Shown here: in pieces, positions 1 through 8,292 of the stretch | Position numbering within the stretch: the stretch's first letter is position 1 | Layout of the letters: each line of letters opens with the position of its first letter | Source: a virus | Lineage: Duplodnaviria > Caudoviricetes | IMG/VR virus record: IMGVR_UViG_3300025086_000209 | Span: 1-25,710 of that record | Reading direction: 5' to 3' (one strand) | DNA length: 25,710 nucleotides | Made by a program: the position numbers and the translations under genes | Notes under the pieces: generated by a model | What the model was told of the DNA's origin: nothing | Seen by the model: the letters and a program-made list of their open reading frames with translations, nothing else | Databases searched by the model: none

Positions 1-149
1 CGGGCTGGGTGGCTCTACAAAAGGCCAAGAGTGATGTTGCATTGAAACTATTATCCAAGTGGTTTCCTTCTCGCTATGGCGATAGAGTGGACGTTGCTGC
101 AAAGGGAGATATTAACCTGACTATCAGTACTGGCATACCTCAAGGATGA
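1..149 (+). CDS. terS: Terminase small subunit, 3' end (partial)
   Basis: Frame 3 reads GWVALQKAKSDVALKLLSKWFPSRYGDRVDVAAKGDINLTISTGIPQG*. The KW.P.RYGD motif is typical of Sf6-type TerS. The stop TGA (147-149) overlaps the terL ATG (ATGA). Confidence 0.75.
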   Translation, partial: GWVALQKAKSDVALKLLSKWFPSRYGDRVDVAAKGDINLTISTGIPQG

Positions 150-1471
150 ACATAGATTTAAGGTATGTTCCGAGACAATGGCAAAAATCTTGTCATTTAA
201 ATAAAAAAAGGTTCAGTTGTTATGCACTCCATAGACGTGCTGGCAAGACTGAATTGGGATGTATGGAGCTTATACACGCAGCAATAAAGACAGATAAAGA
301 ACTAGCTATGTTTACATATGTGAGTCCTTATTTGCGACAAAGTAAAGCTATAACGTGGGCAAGATTAAAACAGAAGTTAGAGCCATTAAGAAGGGCATCA
401 GTAATTGATATAAACGAGGGTGAACTATCGGTAAGGTTTAAACATAACGGAGCGATTATCAGGCTGTTTGGTGGAGACAATCCTGATGCAATGAGGGGAT
501 TAAGATTAGATGGTTGCGTAATAGATGAAGTAGCCCAAATTAAACCAGAATTATGGATGGACATAGTTCAGCCTTGCTTATCAGACAGGCTAGGCTGGTG
601 CATTTTTATAGGTACTCCAAGCGGTATTAATTTATTTTCTGAGTTGTATTACAAGGCTATAGAAGAAGACGATTGGACAGCAGCTAGATACACGGTTTAC
701 GATACCGATTCGTTACACCCCAATGAAGTAACTCGTCTTAAACGAGACATGAGTGAGACTAGTTTCGCTCGTGAGTATTTATGTGATTTCTCAGCAGCAG
801 GGGATGACCAGTTAATTGCATTGGCAGATACCGAAGATGCAGCCAAAAGAATATACCAATCAGATCATGTGAAGATGTCTCCTGTAGTGCTAGGTATAGA
901 CCCTGCAAGGTTCGGTGATGACCGATCTGTAGTATTCCGTAGGCAGGGAAAGCAAGGCTTTAAACCTATTGTCTATCGAGGTATAGATAACATGGATCTA
1001 GCAGCAAGAGTAGCCAACCTGATAGAGGAACATAACCCTGATGCAGTCTTCTGTGATGCAGGTGCAGGTAGTGGAGTAATCGACAGACTAAGACAGTTAT
1101 CGTATGACGTAATCGAAATACCATTTGGAGGTAAGGCAACCAAACCAGAACAGTACATTAACCGTAGAACAGAGATGTGGTGGCTAATGAAACAATGGAT
1201 AGAAGAAGGAGGTGCAATACCAAACGACACAGCACTAAAACAAGAGTTAGCTACACCCATTTATTGGTACGACAATGTAGGTAGACGAGTATTGGAGAGT
1301 AAGGATCAGATAAAAAAGAGATTACAGGGTGCAGGTTCACCTGATCTAGCTGATGCACTAGCTCTAACATTTGCCCTCCCAGTAGCTAAGAAACAGCCGG
1401 AGGACATATACATCAAAAGACGTAAAGTTGCTACTCAAAAGGAGGAATATGACCCATACACCAGAATCTAA
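146..1471 (+). CDS. terL: Terminase large subunit
   Basis: Walker A HRRAGKT, Walker B CVIDE, coupling motif IGTP, RNase H-like nuclease acidic motifs GIDPARFGDD, FCDAG and SPDLADA. Confidence 0.97.
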   Translation: MNIDLRYVPRQWQKSCHLNKKRFSCYALHRRAGKTELGCMELIHAAIKTDKELAMFTYVSPYLRQSKAITWARLKQKLEPLRRASVIDINEGELSVRFKHNGAIIRLFGGDNPDAMRGLRLDGCVIDEVAQIKPELWMDIVQPCLSDRLGWCIFIGTPSGINLFSELYYKAIEEDDWTAARYTVYDTDSLHPNEVTRLKRDMSETSFAREYLCDFSAAGDDQLIALADTEDAAKRIYQSDHVKMSPVVLGIDPARFGDDRSVVFRRQGKQGFKPIVYRGIDNMDLAARVANLIEEHNPDAVFCDAGAGSGVIDRLRQLSYDVIEIPFGGKATKPEQYINRRTEMWWLMKQWIEEGGAIPNDTALKQELATPIYWYDNVGRRVLESKDQIKKRLQGAGSPDLADALALTFALPVAKKQPEDIYIKRRKVATQKEEYDPYTRI

Positions 1472-2081
1472 CTTTGTTCGTATAGCAGAAGGTCTAGATG
1501 TAGAACCATTGCTCCAATTGTTGGATGCTAAACCTGAGTTATGGAAAGAAATTCAAGAACGTCAACTATTTACTAATTCACCACATAAAGATACTGAGTC
1601 AATATTTGTTAGAGGGCCATATGCAATGAGCCATTACTACGTCATGTGGGATACAGGATCATATGACTATCCATGCATGGAATATTTGAAGGATGCATTA
1701 GTACCATTAATGCAACCAATATTAAAAAAATTAGAAGTTAAGGATATGGGCAGAGTATTAATTGTAAATTTAAGACCTAGTGGTCATGTAACCAAACATA
1801 ACGACCAAGGAAAGTATGCAGATCACTACTCAAGATTTCATATTGTACTTAAATCAAATCAATGGTGTAGCCAAACTTGCGGAGATCAAAAACAGAAGTT
1901 TGAGGTAGGTGATGTCTGGTGGTTTAACCATAAAAAATTACACACAGCAGACAATGTTGGCATGACCGACAGAGTGCATATAATATTTGATTGTGTTACC
2001 AAGTATTTTTCTATGAAAGGTGTGACCGTAAGTAGCAGTAATGCCATTACCTTTGATGAATGTGGAGTAATTAATGATTAA
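1449..2081 (+). CDS. Aspartyl/asparaginyl beta-hydroxylase-like 2OG-Fe(II) oxygenase
   Basis: HxD (KHND), RFHIVL, GDVWWFNHKKLHTADN and DRVHIIFD motifs. Start moved from 1428 to ATG 1449 because AAGGAGG lies just upstream of it. Confidence 0.85.
   Translation: MTHTPESNFVRIAEGLDVEPLLQLLDAKPELWKEIQERQLFTNSPHKDTESIFVRGPYAMSHYYVMWDTGSYDYPCMEYLKDALVPLMQPILKKLEVKDMGRVLIVNLRPSGHVTKHNDQGKYADHYSRFHIVLKSNQWCSQTCGDQKQKFEVGDVWWFNHKKLHTADNVGMTDRVHIIFDCVTKYFSMKGVTVSSSNAITFDECGVIND
2019..2053 (+). promoter_or_regulatory. Putative phage promoter copy 1: GGTGTGACCGTAA-N16-TACCTT
   Basis: Same 12-mer core and same 16-nt spacer to TAnnnT as three other copies. Lies inside the 3' end of the hydroxylase gene, upstream of the GNAT-portal block. 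Confidence 0.75.
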
Positions 2082-2523
2082 CATTAAACTCGCCACAGTT
2101 GATGAGATGTTGGCAGAAGCATCAATTTTGTTTGAAGAGCATTACACGGAAATTGCTCGAAACAAACATTTGATGGTGTTAAAACCAGACGAAGAAACCT
2201 ACCGTAAATCTGAAGAGATGGGTAGTATCTTTATTCTTTCAGCTAGGCAAGATAATGTTTTAATTGGTTACTCTGTAAATTTTGTTACTAATCATCTTCA
2301 TTACGCTGATCTTAAACTAGCCCAGAATGATCTTTTGTTTATCAAAAAAGAACATAGGGGTGGCAAGATTGGTTTAAAATTGATTAGGGAGACAGAAGCC
2401 CATGCAACATCACTCGGATGCAAATTAATGTTATGGCACGCCAAAGAAAATACGTCTTTAGCTGCGATATTACCGAGACTAAAATATGGTGTGCAAGACA
2501 TTATTTTTTCCAAGGAGTTATGA
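2074..2523 (+). CDS. GNAT-family acetyltransferase
   Basis: Acetyl-CoA-binding motif A LFIKKEHRGGKIGLKLIRETE, C-terminal RLKY, 149 aa. GGAG RBS upstream. Confidence 0.85.
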   Translation: MINIKLATVDEMLAEASILFEEHYTEIARNKHLMVLKPDEETYRKSEEMGSIFILSARQDNVLIGYSVNFVTNHLHYADLKLAQNDLLFIKKEHRGGKIGLKLIRETEAHATSLGCKLMLWHAKENTSLAAILPRLKYGVQDIIFSKEL

Positions 2524-2524
2524 C

Positions 2525-2839
2525 ATGGCAGTAGTAGGAGCGATTACATCAGTAATTGGAACTGGATATTCAATAATAAAAGGCCAGCAACAAAAAAAAG
2601 CGCAACAAAAGCAATTAGCAGAACAAAGACGAGCTAATCAAAAAGCAGAAGATACTGCTAAAAAACAACAAGAAACAGCGCAGCAAGAATATAACAAGGC
2701 AAATAGAAAAAGTCCTGACGCTAACGTTATACAAAATGCAGTCGAAAGTGAAAATCAAGGTGGTACATTGCTAACAGGAAATAAAGGTGTAGATCCTAAT
2801 AAATTAAAATTAGGCGGTGGTAGTACTTTATTAGGCTAA
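2525..2839 (+). CDS. Small virion/assembly protein preceding portal (positional analogue of T7 gp6.7/7.3)
   Basis: Start moved to ATG 2525 (AAGGAG upstream). Hydrophobic Gly-rich N-terminus, Gln/Lys coiled coil and GTLLTG...LGGGSTLLG C-terminus, as recalled for this locus in podophages. Confidence 0.7.
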   Translation: MAVVGAITSVIGTGYSIIKGQQQKKAQQKQLAEQRRANQKAEDTAKKQQETAQQEYNKANRKSPDANVIQNAVESENQGGTLLTGNKGVDPNKLKLGGGSTLLG

Positions 2840-2842
2840 TTA

Positions 2843-4519
2843 ATGTATAAAACAAAACGAGATAAATTACTTACAAGATGGGGTCACCTTAAGTCTGAAA
2901 GGGCAACGTGGTGGTCACATTGGCAAGAAGTTACTACATATTTACTACCAAGAAACGGAAGATATTTTCAACAAGATAGAAATAAAGGTCATAGAAGACA
3001 TAATTCTATATACGACAATACTGGTACTAGAGCATTAAGAACATTGGGTGCAGGTATGATGGCAGGTGCAACAAGCCCTGCAAGACCTTGGTTTAGGCTA
3101 GGAACAGTCGACCCAGATTTAAATAAATACCCACCTGTAAAATTATGGTTAGCTGATGTAACAGAACGTATGCAGTTAGTGTTTACTAAATCTAATACAT
3201 ATAGATCATTACATGGAATGTATGAAGAATTAGGAGCATTTGGAACTGCTGGATCTATTATTTTGCCTGATAATAAAAATGCAATCCATCATTACCCAGT
3301 AACAGTAGGAGAATATGCAATAGCACAAGATTATCAGGGCAGAGTAAACACTTTGTATAGAGAGTTTCAAAAAACAGTAGGAGAAGTAGTAAGAGAATTT
3401 GGATATAACAACTGTTCAACGTCCGTTAAGAATCTGCACGACAGGGGTTCATTGGATCAATGGATTACGTTAGTTCATGCGATAGAACCAAGGGATGATA
3501 GGGAACGTGATTTTAAAAAGAAAGACAATATGAACATGGCATACAAATCTTGTTACTTTGAAACAGGTGGTGATGGCGAAAGTGTATTAAGAGAAAGCGG
3601 ATTTAAAGATTTTCCTGTAGTTGTCCCAAGATGGGGTATATCTGGTGGTGATATTTATGGCAATTCACCGGGAATGGAAGCATTAGGTGACGTAAAACAG
3701 TTACAACATGAGCAATTACGCAAAGCACAAGGCATTGATTACCAAACAAAACCACCATTACAAGTACCTAGCTATCTTAAAAACCGTGATGTAGACAGTC
3801 TTCCGGGCGGTGTTACCTTTATTGATGGTCAACAAGGCAAAATTGAGACAGCATTTAACGTAAATTTAAACTTACAACACTTGTTAATGGACATACAGGA
3901 CGTAAGGCAGCGTATTAATGGTAGTTTTTATGCTGATTTGTTTCTTATGTTGGCAAATGCTACTGATACTAGGATGACTGCAACAGAAGTAGCAGAACGA
4001 CATGAAGAAAAATTGCTTATGTTAGGCCCAGTACTGGAAAGATTACATAATGAATTGCTAGATCCATTAGTTGATATTACGTTTAGCAGAATGCTTGAGT
4101 CAGGTTTAGTACCACCAGCCCCAGAAGAGTTGCAAGGCATGGAATTAAACGTAGAATTTGTATCTATGTTGGCACAAGCGCAACGTGCAATTGGTACAAA
4201 TAGTATTGATAGGTATACAAATACAATGGGAGCTATTGCCCAGATGAAACCTGATGTCCTTGATAAATTTAATTCCGATGCATGGGCTGATGGATATGCA
4301 GATATGTTAGGAATTGACCCAGAACTAATAGTAGCCGACAAAGAAGTAGCAATAATACGTCAACAAAGAGCGCAAGCACAGCAACAAGCAGCGCAAGCCG
4401 AAGCACAACAACGTGCTGCTGAAAATGTATCTAAACTAGGCAACACTAATCCTGACAATGTTATGGATATGATGAATCAGTTTAGCGGTTACAATTCACC
4501 ATCACCAATGGAGGTATAA
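2843..4519 (+). CDS. Portal (head-tail connector) protein
   Basis: 558 aa. Motifs PRW...GDIYGNSPGMEALGDVKQLQ and MTATEVAER.EEKLLMLGPVLERL match the T7/BPP-1-type portal. Confidence 0.96.
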   Translation: MYKTKRDKLLTRWGHLKSERATWWSHWQEVTTYLLPRNGRYFQQDRNKGHRRHNSIYDNTGTRALRTLGAGMMAGATSPARPWFRLGTVDPDLNKYPPVKLWLADVTERMQLVFTKSNTYRSLHGMYEELGAFGTAGSIILPDNKNAIHHYPVTVGEYAIAQDYQGRVNTLYREFQKTVGEVVREFGYNNCSTSVKNLHDRGSLDQWITLVHAIEPRDDRERDFKKKDNMNMAYKSCYFETGGDGESVLRESGFKDFPVVVPRWGISGGDIYGNSPGMEALGDVKQLQHEQLRKAQGIDYQTKPPLQVPSYLKNRDVDSLPGGVTFIDGQQGKIETAFNVNLNLQHLLMDIQDVRQRINGSFYADLFLMLANATDTRMTATEVAERHEEKLLMLGPVLERLHNELLDPLVDITFSRMLESGLVPPAPEELQGMELNVEFVSMLAQAQRAIGTNSIDRYTNTMGAIAQMKPDVLDKFNSDAWADGYADMLGIDPELIVADKEVAIIRQQRAQAQQQAAQAEAQQRAAENVSKLGNTNPDNVMDMMNQFSGYNSPSPMEV

Positions 4520-4520
4520 C

Positions 4521-4883
4521 ATGGATTTAATTGATCTTAAAAAAGACCCACAACCTATTGACAGCAAAGAAATGTATGACGAACCGATGTATAGCTACGG
4601 TTTGTGTATATCTCTTGGTAGGGAAGAGCTAGAAAAGCTAGGAATAGAAAAGTTACCAGAAGCTGGTAGTGAAATGATGATAAAAGCTATTACTTATGTA
4701 AAAACTGTTAGGGAAAGCAAAGAAAAAGATGGTGTTGAACAAAATGTAGAGCTACAAATATGTGCAATGGGTATTGATCCTATTGACAAAACAAAAGATC
4801 AGGCAAAAGGTTTGTACGAAAGCAAGCCTAAACCTGCACCAAAAGCAACACCTGTTGCTAAAACCGCAACTTATTTAGCATAG
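4521..4883 (+). CDS. epsilon15 gp10-like ('staple'-annotated) capsid-associated protein
   Basis: YSYGLCISL..EELEKLG...LPEAG...VELQI..MG pattern resembles epsilon15 gp10 as recalled. GGAGG RBS upstream. Confidence 0.7.
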   Translation: MDLIDLKKDPQPIDSKEMYDEPMYSYGLCISLGREELEKLGIEKLPEAGSEMMIKAITYVKTVRESKEKDGVEQNVELQICAMGIDPIDKTKDQAKGLYESKPKPAPKATPVAKTATYLA

Positions 4884-4892
4884 GAGTTAATT

Positions 4893-5039
4893 ATGGCTGA
4901 AAAAAAAGAAGGTGTTATTTCTAATATGCAAAAAAGAAAAATAACACTTATAAAAACAAAAATAGATGGAGGTATGGCTTCAGAAAAAGATAAAAAAGAA
5001 CTAGAAAAATTAAAAAAACTTTACCCATCAATGTTTTAA
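4893..5039 (+). CDS. Small basic protein, 48 aa (not in ORF track)
   Basis: AGGAG RBS at 4882. Reads MAEKKEGVISNMQKRKITLIKTKIDGGMASEKDKKELEKLKKLYPSMF* and tiles tightly between neighbours. Confidence 0.8.
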   Translation: MAEKKEGVISNMQKRKITLIKTKIDGGMASEKDKKELEKLKKLYPSMF

Positions 5040-5041
5040 TT

Positions 5042-5191
5042 ATGACTGATCCTAATTTCCAAAGTATGCCATCTGCTTACAAAGAGCAATTTAGAAAAAT
5101 GGTGGAACTAGAAAAACAAAGACGATTAAAAGAAAAAAAAGATAAAAGAAAAACAAAAAGTATTGCCGATCAATTGTATGGAGATAGTTAG
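5042..5191 (+). CDS. Small basic protein, 49 aa (not in ORF track)
   Basis: Reads MTDPNFQSMPSAYKEQFRKMVELEKQRRLKEKKDKRKTKSIADQLYGDS*, with 2-nt gaps to both flanking ORFs. Confidence 0.8.
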   Translation: MTDPNFQSMPSAYKEQFRKMVELEKQRRLKEKKDKRKTKSIADQLYGDS

Positions 5192-5193
5192 TT

Positions 5194-5376
5194 ATGGGAA
5201 AACAAAGAGGATTATGGGATAACATACACGCAAAACGTGACAGGATTGCAAAAGGTTCTGGTGAAAAAATGCGTAAAAAAGGATCAAAAGGTGCGCCAAC
5301 TAATGAAGCTATTAAAAAAAGTCAGAAAACAAGTGACAAAGAAAAAGCAAAAAAGTTATATCCAAAAATGGCATAG
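5194..5376 (+). CDS. Small basic protein, 60 aa
   Basis: GLWDNIHAKRDRIAKGSGEKMRKKGSKGAPT is a motif I recall from uncharacterised aquatic phage proteins. GGAG RBS upstream. Confidence 0.8.
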   Translation: MGKQRGLWDNIHAKRDRIAKGSGEKMRKKGSKGAPTNEAIKKSQKTSDKEKAKKLYPKMA

Positions 5377-5410
5377 GTGTGACCGTAACATAGTTATGGA
5401 TAGATATATT
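5376..5410 (+). promoter_or_regulatory. Putative phage promoter copy 2: GGTGTGACCGTAA-N16-TATATT
   Basis: Begins at the upstream stop codon. -10-like TATATT at 5405-5410 precedes the Bbp19-like/scaffold/capsid operon. Confidence 0.85.
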
Positions 5411-5415
5411 AGAGC

Positions 5416-5760
5416 ATGAGCGAATACAATCCTCTCGATCTTAAAAGTCAACAGAAATCTAAAGACAATAAAAAGTCCGCAGAAAGAATTGACCGACAGA
5501 ACGAAGAATCGGATATTAAATGGCTCATGAGCAGCAAGAGGGGTCGCAGATTAGTCTGGAGATTTCTGGAGCAAGCAGGTGTATTTCGATCATCGTTCAA
5601 CACTAACGCAATGGCAATGTCATTTAGCGAAGGTAACAGAAATTATGGTTTGCAATTACTTAACTTGGTTCACACTCTCTGCCCAGAACTGTATCCGACA
5701 ATGATCAAGGAGCAAAAAAATGTCAGAAACGCTGATGACGGAAGCCAACCAAACCAATGA
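5416..5760 (+). CDS. Conserved head-assembly-locus protein (BPP-1 Bbp19-like)
   Basis: DIKWLMS...GRRLVWRFLE.AGVFRSSF...M.F.EG.RN.GL motif and position directly before the scaffold. Confidence 0.8.
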   Translation: MSEYNPLDLKSQQKSKDNKKSAERIDRQNEESDIKWLMSSKRGRRLVWRFLEQAGVFRSSFNTNAMAMSFSEGNRNYGLQLLNLVHTLCPELYPTMIKEQKNVRNADDGSQPNQ

Positions 5761-6403
5761 AGGTGATTCGCAGCAGCCAGTAGACGCAACAACTGAGCAA
5801 TCAACTGAAACGACTACTGACACCCAGCAGCAAACTGAAGGTGTACAGGATCAACAAGTTTCGGATGAAACCGCTGTTGAAAGTGAAACTAGCGATCAGG
5901 AAAAACCAGAAGGTGCGCCTGAAACATACGAGTTCAACACACAGATTACTGACGAATCTGAAGAACTCGACCCCGATGTAGTTAATGCATTCGGTGAAGT
6001 CGCTAAAGAACTTGACCTGCCACAAAAAGATGCACAAAAAGTATTGGATAAAGTTGCTCCTGTAATACAGGAAAAACAAGCCAAAGCTATGGAACAAGCA
6101 AAAATAGATTGGGCTAATGATTCACAATCAGATGAAGAGTTTGGTGGTGAAAATTTAAATGCTAATTTAGACATTGCAAAAAAATCTCTAGAAGCTTTTG
6201 GTTCTGATTCTTTAAAATCGCTGCTACAAGAAACAGGCTTTGGAAATCATCCTGAAATAATCAGGTTTATGTACAGAGCAGGTAAGGCAATTAGTGAAGA
6301 CAGTTATGTTGGTAATTCTCAAGGTGCTACTGGTAAATCCAATGTTCCAAAAGATTTTAACGGCATAGCAAACGCACTATATTCTAATCAGCAAACTAAG
6401 TAA
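5720..6403 (+). CDS. Capsid scaffolding/assembly protein
   Basis: Acidic low-complexity N-terminus, APETYEF and GFGNHPEIIRFMYRAGKAISED motifs, immediately upstream of the MCP. AAGGAG RBS. 41-nt overlap with the previous gene. Confidence 0.88.
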   Translation: MSETLMTEANQTNEGDSQQPVDATTEQSTETTTDTQQQTEGVQDQQVSDETAVESETSDQEKPEGAPETYEFNTQITDESEELDPDVVNAFGEVAKELDLPQKDAQKVLDKVAPVIQEKQAKAMEQAKIDWANDSQSDEEFGGENLNANLDIAKKSLEAFGSDSLKSLLQETGFGNHPEIIRFMYRAGKAISEDSYVGNSQGATGKSNVPKDFNGIANALYSNQQTK

Positions 6404-6414
6404 GGAGTTATTAA

Positions 6415-7434
6415 ATGGCTACACTCTCAACCTCAAATTTAACACTAGCGGATTGGGCAAAAAGATCTGACCCAGACGGTAGAGTTCCAATTGTTGCAGA
6501 ACTGTTATCACAGAGCAACGAAATACTAGATGACTGCGTTTTTAAAGAAGGTAATTTACCTACTGGTGAACGTGTAGTTATTAGAACAGGTTTACCCGGT
6601 GTTTACTGGAGAGCATTAAACCAAGGTATTCCATCAAGCAAATCAACAACAGCACAAATTGATGAAGCTTGCGGAATCCTAGAAGCACGCTCTGAAGTAG
6701 ACAAAGACTTAGCGATGTTAAATGGTAACACCGCACAGTTCCGTTTATCTGAAGATACTGCTTTCTTGGAAGCAATGAACCAGACTCAAGCAGAAACAAT
6801 GTTTTACGGTAATCCCGGAACAGATCCTAAAAAGTTTCTAGGTTTAGCACCAAGATACGGTGATCTTTCTGCTGATAATGCTGTAAACATTCTTGATGCA
6901 GGTGGATCAGGTTCTGATAACGCATCTGTATATCTAGTTGTTTGGGGTGACAATACTGTTTATTGTCCTTTTCCTAAAGGATCTAAAGCAGGTTTAACTC
7001 ACGAAGATCTTGGTGAGCAAACTGTTTACAATAGTGACGGTACAAGACTACAAGCTTTTGCTACTCGTTACCAATGGAAAAACGGTTTGGTTGTTAAAGA
7101 TTGGAGATACGTTGTTCGTATCTGTAATGTTGACATTTCTGACCTGCTCGGTAGTGCTAATACACAAACTGCTGCTGCATCAACTAACTTAGTTAAATTG
7201 ATGGCTAGAGCATTATACAGAATACCTAATATGGCAATGGGAAGAGCAGCATTCTATATGAATAGAACTGTTCACTCAGGCATGAGTATTGCTGCATTAG
7301 ATAAATCACAAAACGTATTATCAATACAAGAAGGTTTATCACAGTTTGGATCTGCACAAAGCTACCTATCATTCTTAGGAGTACCTCTTAGAAGAGTAGA
7401 TGCCTTGATCAATGCTGAAGCTCGTGTGACTTAA
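6415..7434 (+). CDS. Major capsid protein (BPP-1 Bbp17/epsilon15 gp7-like, HK97 fold)
   Basis: TLADWAKR.DPDG...IVAELLSQSNEILDD, RTGLP...WR, GL.VKDWRYVVRICN and FLGVPLRRVDAL motifs. TAAGGAG RBS. Confidence 0.96.
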   Translation: MATLSTSNLTLADWAKRSDPDGRVPIVAELLSQSNEILDDCVFKEGNLPTGERVVIRTGLPGVYWRALNQGIPSSKSTTAQIDEACGILEARSEVDKDLAMLNGNTAQFRLSEDTAFLEAMNQTQAETMFYGNPGTDPKKFLGLAPRYGDLSADNAVNILDAGGSGSDNASVYLVVWGDNTVYCPFPKGSKAGLTHEDLGEQTVYNSDGTRLQAFATRYQWKNGLVVKDWRYVVRICNVDISDLLGSANTQTAAASTNLVKLMARALYRIPNMAMGRAAFYMNRTVHSGMSIAALDKSQNVLSIQEGLSQFGSAQSYLSFLGVPLRRVDALINAEARVT

Positions 7435-7479
7435 TAGTTACAAGTTTTTTTATACTATTTTTTTGGAGATTTTCTTAAA

Positions 7480-7911
7480 ATGATTACAGACAAACTGCTC
7501 AGAGTGAGCGAAGATCAAGCATTAACTACAACTGCTGTATCTACTAACACTATTGACTTAAGTGTTGCTAGAGATGTAGGTGAAGGTACTGCTTTATATA
7601 TGAACTTTGCAGTAACAGAAGCATTAGCTAATGGTACAAGCGTAAAGTTTGAAGTTATTAGTAGTGCAGCAGCAAACTTAGGTTCTCCTACTGTTATTGG
7701 TAGTACTGATGCTATCCTTACAGCAGCATTAACACTAGGTAAAAATGTAGTTGTTCGTATTAACCCAGATATTGCTGGCAAAGGCCAAAGATATTTAGGT
7801 GCTAGATACACAATTGCAGGTACTTTTAACGCTGGTAAAGTTACTGCTGATGTGGTAGAAACAATCGGTGACGGTAGGAAGTTTTATGCTTCTGGCTTTA
7901 CCGTAGCTTAA
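7480..7911 (+). CDS. Capsid cement/decoration protein (BPP-1 Bbp16-like)
   Basis: MITDKLLRVSEDQA.T.TA.ST..IDL and RYL...YT...AGK resemble Bbp16. Beta-rich, directly follows the MCP. Confidence 0.85.
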   Translation: MITDKLLRVSEDQALTTTAVSTNTIDLSVARDVGEGTALYMNFAVTEALANGTSVKFEVISSAAANLGSPTVIGSTDAILTAALTLGKNVVVRINPDIAGKGQRYLGARYTIAGTFNAGKVTADVVETIGDGRKFYASGFTVA

Positions 7912-7925
7912 ACTAAAAACGACTT

Positions 7926-8219
7926 ATGCCTATTTACAAAGCAAAAATTAAGTGTTTCGTTGGTCAATCTATAAGAGAAGCTGACGAAGAATTTGAGTAT
8001 AACGGAGAGTATTGCAAGCATCTTGAATTAGTTAGTGGTCAAGAACCTCAGATACCTGTAGCGTCTACTACACCTGTGGAATCTGAAGTAAAGAAAACTA
8101 ATTTAGAATTGATGACAAAAGCAGAACTTGAAGTTTATGGTCGCACTATCGGTCTTGAACTTGATAGAAGACAAACAAAAGATACTCTTATTAAACAACT
8201 TGAAGCAGCTAGTAAATAG
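7926..8219 (+). CDS. Small protein with C-terminal HeH/Rho-N-like motif
   Basis: LELMTKAELEVYGRTIGLELDRRQTKDTLIKQL helix-extended-helix pattern after a P/T/S linker. Confidence 0.7.
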   Translation: MPIYKAKIKCFVGQSIREADEEFEYNGEYCKHLELVSGQEPQIPVASTTPVESEVKKTNLELMTKAELEVYGRTIGLELDRRQTKDTLIKQLEAASK

Positions 8220-8243
8220 GTTTAGTCTTCTTATTTGACTTAC

Positions 8244-8280
8244 AGGGGGCTAGTAGTATTACTGCTATCCTCCTCTTTTT
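8244..8280 (+). terminator. Rho-independent terminator after the capsid operon
   Basis: AGGGGGCTAGTAGT-att-ACTGCTATCCTCCT forms a 14-position stem (one mismatch, two G-U pairs) followed by CTTTTT. Confidence 0.75.
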
Positions 8281-8292
8281 ATAGGAGATGTA

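Noticed and set aside
2021-2036. TGTGA in the promoter motif as a CRP site, or GTA as an NtcA box
   Set aside because: None of the four copies has the TCACA second half-site or GTA-N8-TAC, and the motif is non-palindromic.
5237-5419. Alternative-frame + ORFs 5237-5419, 7010-7192, 23678-23884, 24743-24943
   Set aside because: Short, with no clear SD. They have L/Q/V-rich composition expected from frame-shifted Ala/Thr/Lys codons and no accompanying codon anomaly, unlike 18434-18835.
7435-7479. T-rich MCP-cement spacer as a terminator or frameshift site
   Set aside because: There is no stable hairpin before the T-runs, and the MCP ends in tandem stops TAA TAG.
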